Assembly (NCBI GenBank): GCA_044224405.1
Contig: JBGAKN010000004.1
Location: 23,309 to 87,308 of the forward strand
Length of the DNA: 64,000 bases
Origin: Tagaea sp.
GTDB taxonomy: Bacteria > Pseudomonadota > Alphaproteobacteria > CACIAM-22H2
Direction: 5' to 3'
The notes under the pieces are model-generated. The model was not told the DNA's origin. It saw only the letters and a program-made list of their open reading frames with translations, and searched no databases. This document shows positions 60,091-64,000 of the stretch, piece after piece. The position numbers were made by a program, and so were the translations under genes. How positions within the stretch are numbered: the stretch's first letter is position 1; each line of letters starts with the position of its first letter.

Positions 60091-61044
60091 ATGATCGCAA
60101 GAATGGCAGCAGCACTGGTCGCGGCGACGGTCGCGATTTCGCCGGCGATGGCGGCATGGCCCGAGAAGCCCGTGCGCATCGTCGTGCCGTTCGGCCCGGG
60201 CGGGACGACCGACATCCTCGCGCGCACGCTCCAGAAGGTGCTCGACGAACGCAAGATCATCCCGCAGCCCATCGTCGTGCAGAATGTCGGCGGGCACTTC
60301 TCGGTCGGCGCGCGCCAGGTGATGACCGCGCAGCCCGACGGCTACACGTTCCTCGCGATCCATCTGGCCCTGCTGTCGGGCGAGGTCGTCGATCCCGCGC
60401 GTGGCGTTTCCTACCGCAACTTCGAGCCGGTCGCGCTTACCGGCGGCTTCTGCTTCCACCCGATCGTGCGCGGCGATTCGCCGTTCAAGACGCTGAAGAA
60501 CCTGCTCGACGAGGCGAAGGCCAAGCCCAACACGATCGTCGCGGGCGTGAATATCGGCGCGCTCAACCACATGATGGCGCTGTTCATGGAACAGGGCTTC
60601 CCGGGCGCCAAGTTCCGCTACGCGCAGATCGGCGGCGGCGGCGAGAATTTCGCGGCGATCATGGGCGGCCACACGCAGATGACCGTGCTGTCGAGCTCGG
60701 AGTATCAGACCTACAAGGCCAACGGCATCCGCGCCCTCGCCTATTCCGGTCCCGAGCGCCTGAAGCTCGAACCGGAAATCCCGACCGCGCGCGAACTCGG
60801 CCTCGGCTTCGACTACTGCGCCGAGAATTTCTGGTTCGCGCCCAAGGGCACGCCGCGCGAGGCGATCGACGGCATGGCCGACGCGCTCGAGAAGGCGAAC
60901 GGCACGCCCGACCTCAAGGAGTTCTTCGAGAAGCAGGCGCAGACGGGCCAGTTCATGCGTGGCCCGGCCTACGCCAAGCGGCTCGACGACGTGTTCAAGA
61001 TGATCGAACCGGTCGCCAAGCTGGCCGCGCCCGCGCCGAAGTAA
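60091..61044 (+). CDS. tctC: Tripartite tricarboxylate transporter substrate-binding protein (Bug/TctC)
   Basis: WPEKPVRIVVPFGPGGTTDILAR, PDGYT, PEIPTARELG, APKGTP. Confidence 0.9.
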   Translation: MIARMAAALVAATVAISPAMAAWPEKPVRIVVPFGPGGTTDILARTLQKVLDERKIIPQPIVVQNVGGHFSVGARQVMTAQPDGYTFLAIHLALLSGEVVDPARGVSYRNFEPVALTGGFCFHPIVRGDSPFKTLKNLLDEAKAKPNTIVAGVNIGALNHMMALFMEQGFPGAKFRYAQIGGGGENFAAIMGGHTQMTVLSSSEYQTYKANGIRALAYSGPERLKLEPEIPTARELGLGFDYCAENFWFAPKGTPREAIDGMADALEKANGTPDLKEFFEKQAQTGQFMRGPAYAKRLDDVFKMIEPVAKLAAPAPK

Positions 61045-61055
61045 GGGGAAGACGC

Positions 61056-61562
61056 GTGGCCGAGGCCGTCAGCCCGCGCGAACGCAGGCTCGATCTCGTC
61101 GGGGCGATCGTCGTCATCGCCATCGGCGCGTTCGCGCTGTTCGTCGCGCGCAAGGAACCGCCGGCGCATTACGACCCGCTGGGGCCGGGAACGGCGCCGA
61201 CGGTCGTCTCGCTGCTGCTGCTGGCGCTCGGCATCATCCTGCTGTTACGCGCCTGGTCGGGCCTTCGGACCGGCCAGGCGACGCAGAGCATGATCCTGGG
61301 TCTCGACGGCGAGGAACCGACCGACTATCGCCTGCGGCCTCGTCTCGCGGTCTTCGCCTATGTGGCGACGGCGGCGTATACGGCGGCACTCGGCTTCGGC
61401 GTGCCGTTCTACGCGGCGACGATCGTGTTCCTCATCGGCCTCGGCGCCGCGATGGCGGACTTCAGGCGCAAGCGCACGATCTGGGTCGTGGGCGTGGGCA
61501 TCGTCGGCGCGTTCGTCGTCAAGTACCTGTTCGGCACCGTGCTGCTGGTGTCGCTGCCATGA
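61056..61562 (+). CDS. tctB: TTT small membrane subunit TctB
   Basis: DPLGPG motif, 4-5 TM helices, ends VSLP; lies between tctC and tctA. Confidence 0.85.
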   Translation: MAEAVSPRERRLDLVGAIVVIAIGAFALFVARKEPPAHYDPLGPGTAPTVVSLLLLALGIILLLRAWSGLRTGQATQSMILGLDGEEPTDYRLRPRLAVFAYVATAAYTAALGFGVPFYAATIVFLIGLGAAMADFRRKRTIWVVGVGIVGAFVVKYLFGTVLLVSLP

Positions 61563-63037
61563 CGCTCGCCGACGCCTTCCTGCACCTGTTCCTGCCCGCG
61601 CCGTTCTTCATCATGATCATCGGCGTGATCGTGGGCATCGCCGTGGGCGTCATGCCCGGCATCACGGCGGGCATGCTGATGGCGCTCACACTTCCCTTCA
61701 CCTACGCGATGGCGCCGGTCGACGCGATCATCCTGCTGATCTCGATGTTCGTGGGCGGCGTGTCGGGCGGCCTCGTGACGGCGACGCTGATGCGCATCCC
61801 GGGCGAGCCCAACGCGATCATGACGACGCTCGACGGCTATCCGCTCGCCAAGAAAGGCTTTCCGGGGCGCGCGCTGGGCCTCGGCAACGCCGCCTCGATC
61901 GTCGGCGGCTCGCTCTCGTGGGTTGCGCTCGTCCTCCTCACCCGCCCACTCGCCGAGATCGCGATCCATCTGGGCCCCTGGGAGAATTTCGCGCTGGTGC
62001 TGACCGCCCTCGTGCTCGTCTCCTCGCTCAGCCGCGGCTCGTTCCTGAAAGGCATGATCTCGGCGCTGCTGGGCGTGCTGCTGGCGATGCCGGGCGTGGA
62101 CGAGACGTCCGGGCTCGTGCGCCTCACCTTCGGGCTCGACGCGATGACCAACGGCTTCCAGCTGCTGCCCGTGATCATGGGCCTGTTCGCGATGTCGCAG
62201 CTCACGGCCGACACGATGCATGCCGAGCAGGGCACCGACCACATCAAGGCGAGCATGAGGGGCCTGCTGATCTCGATGCGCGACTACGTCACGCACGGCT
62301 GGAACATGCTGCGCTCGTCGCTGATCGGGATCTGGATCGGCATCCATCCGGGCGTGGGCGCCACCGTCTCGTCAATCGTCGCCTACACGGTCGCGAAAAA
62401 CGTCTCGAAGAAGCCCGAGGAATTCGGCACGGGCAGCGAGGAGGCGATCGTCGCCGCCGAGAGCGCCAACAACGCGACGACGGGCGGCACGCTGATCCCG
62501 CTGCTGGCGCTGGGCATCCCCGGCGGCGTCGCCGACGCGATCCTGCTCGCGGCCCTGGTGATGCACAACCTGCGTCCGGGTCCGCTGCTGTTCTCGACCA
62601 ATCCCGAGATCGTGAACACGATCATGGCGACGCATCTCGTGGCGCATTTCGCGATGTTCATCCTGATGACGGCGGGCACGATCCTGTTCGCGCGCATGAT
62701 GCTGGTGCCGCGCGCGATCCTGTTCCCGCTCGTCATCGTCTTCTGCGTGGTCGGCACCTACGCGATGGACGGGCAGATATCGGACGTCTGGATCATGCTG
62801 CTGTTCGGCCTCGTCGGCCTCGGCATGGAATACGCGCGCTTCCCGCTCGCGCCCTTCGTCATCGGCTTCGTCCTCGAGCCGATGGCCGAGGGCAAGCTGC
62901 GCTCCGCGCTGATGATCTCCGACGGCTCGATGCTGCCGCTGGTCACGCGGCCGGTCTCGCTGGCGCTGCTGCTGGTCGCGGTCGCGTGCTTCCTGTGGCC
63001 CTTCTGGCGCGAATGGCGGGCTTCCCGGGCGCGGTAG
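61559..63037 (+). CDS. tctA: TTT large membrane subunit TctA
   Basis: IPGEP..TTLDGYP, AAESANNA, LALGIPG, PGPLLF. Confidence 0.93.
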   Translation: MTLADAFLHLFLPAPFFIMIIGVIVGIAVGVMPGITAGMLMALTLPFTYAMAPVDAIILLISMFVGGVSGGLVTATLMRIPGEPNAIMTTLDGYPLAKKGFPGRALGLGNAASIVGGSLSWVALVLLTRPLAEIAIHLGPWENFALVLTALVLVSSLSRGSFLKGMISALLGVLLAMPGVDETSGLVRLTFGLDAMTNGFQLLPVIMGLFAMSQLTADTMHAEQGTDHIKASMRGLLISMRDYVTHGWNMLRSSLIGIWIGIHPGVGATVSSIVAYTVAKNVSKKPEEFGTGSEEAIVAAESANNATTGGTLIPLLALGIPGGVADAILLAALVMHNLRPGPLLFSTNPEIVNTIMATHLVAHFAMFILMTAGTILFARMMLVPRAILFPLVIVFCVVGTYAMDGQISDVWIMLLFGLVGLGMEYARFPLAPFVIGFVLEPMAEGKLRSALMISDGSMLPLVTRPVSLALLLVAVACFLWPFWREWRASRAR

Positions 63038-63064
63038 CGGCATGCTTGATGCCGGGCCCGAAAA

Positions 63065-63091
63065 ATGACAGTTTCGCGACAGAACGGACAG
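63065..63091 (-). promoter_or_regulatory. OmpR/PhoB-type direct repeat
   Basis: Minus strand CTGTCgc-GAAA-CTGTCAT (11-bp period) plus a third CTGTC. Confidence 0.4.
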
Positions 63092-63133
63092 AATCCCGAA
63101 CGACGTCCGAGCCACCCGCCGGAGGACCCCCCC

Positions 63134-64000
63134 ATGCGCCGCCAATCCCGCCGCCAGATTCTGGCCCTCGCCCTCGCCGCCCCGGTTTTCGCCACTGCCC
63201 CCGCCTTCGCGCAGGCGCTCGAGGACAAGGTCGTCATCGTCACGTCGTTTTCGCGCGACGTGACCGGCCCGTTCGCGGAAGCGTTCCAGAAGAAGCATCC
63301 GGGCACGAAGGTCGAGGTGCAGAGCCGCTCGACCACCGCCGGCGTCTCGTTCATCCGCGAGACACGCACCAATCCGCCCGACATGTTCTGGGCCTCGGCG
63401 CCCGACGCGTTCGAGGTGCTGAAGAAGGGCAGCCTGCTGCAGAAGTACAAGCCCCTCGCCACCGGCATCGCCGAACGCGTGGGCCCGGCGCCGGTCAACG
63501 ATCCCGAAGGCTTCTATTTCGGCTTCGCCGCGTCGGGCTACGGCATCATGTACAACACGCGCTATGTGCGCGCGAACAACCTGCCCGTTCCCAAGGAATG
63601 GGATGACCTGCGCAAGCCCGAGTATTTCGGACATGTCGGCATCTCGGCCCCGTCGCGCTCGGGTACCACGCACCTGACGGTCGAGACGATCCTGCAGGGC
63701 GAAGGCTGGGACAAGGGCTGGGCGCAGCTGCTCGCCATCGGCGGCAACTTCGCCTCGGTCTCCGACCGCAGCTTCGGCGTGCCCGACGCGGTCAATTCCG
63801 GCCAGTACGGCATCGGCATCGTCATCGACTTCTTCGGCCTGTCGGCCAAGGCTTCGGGCTTCCCGGTCGATTTCGTCTACCCGACGGTCACGACGATGGT
63901 GCCCGCGAACATCGGCATCGTCGCCGGCGCCAAGAACCCGAACGCCGCGCGCGCCTTCGTCGAGTTCCTGCTGTCGGAAGAAGGCCAGACGATCCTGCTC
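63134..64000 (+). CDS. ABC-type periplasmic binding protein (Fe3+/PgtC-like), truncated by the window end
   Basis: GGAGG RBS; MRRQSRRQIL signal; VIVTSF, DMFWASAPDAF, PSRSGTTHLTVE, GIVIDFF. Confidence 0.85.
   Translation, partial: MRRQSRRQILALALAAPVFATAPAFAQALEDKVVIVTSFSRDVTGPFAEAFQKKHPGTKVEVQSRSTTAGVSFIRETRTNPPDMFWASAPDAFEVLKKGSLLQKYKPLATGIAERVGPAPVNDPEGFYFGFAASGYGIMYNTRYVRANNLPVPKEWDDLRKPEYFGHVGISAPSRSGTTHLTVETILQGEGWDKGWAQLLAIGGNFASVSDRSFGVPDAVNSGQYGIGIVIDFFGLSAKASGFPVDFVYPTVTTMVPANIGIVAGAKNPNAARAFVEFLLSEEGQTILL

Overview
High-GC, gene-dense bacterial chromosome segment with about 63 CDS. Gene content (PraR-type XRE, RHH_4 regulator, dppABCDF, tctCBA) points to an alphaproteobacterium, possibly Rhodospirillales-like; this is inference. 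I found no rRNA, tRNA, CRISPR array, transposase, integrase or phage gene. 1-15 kb: LysR, three MFS transporters, metY, a cluster of four small predicted DNA-binding proteins, several orphans, a hybrid histidine kinase with a CheY-like partner, and a pentapeptide protein. 15-25 kb: zwf-edd-hexR-greB, a SulP without STAS, and copA-selO behind a CueR-type box. 25-64 kb: three uncharacterised catabolic loci plus dppABCDF. (i) GntR, PLP enzyme, CoA ligase, reductase, thioesterase and VOC, followed by a sigma54-type promoter and a peptide ABC system, a barrel-hydrolase fusion, a creatininase-family enzyme and a flavoprotein. (ii) A DeoR locus with an AraM/EgsA-family glycerol-1-phosphate dehydrogenase, a choline-kinase-like kinase, a GlpA-like flavoprotein pair and an orphan TIM barrel. 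(iii) A GntR sugar-acid locus (enolase-family dehydratase, lactonase, SDR, orphan enzyme) carrying both an ABC and a TTT importer. Loci (ii) and (iii) are the best candidates for undescribed pathways. All family calls come from motif recognition by eye; no database searches were run.
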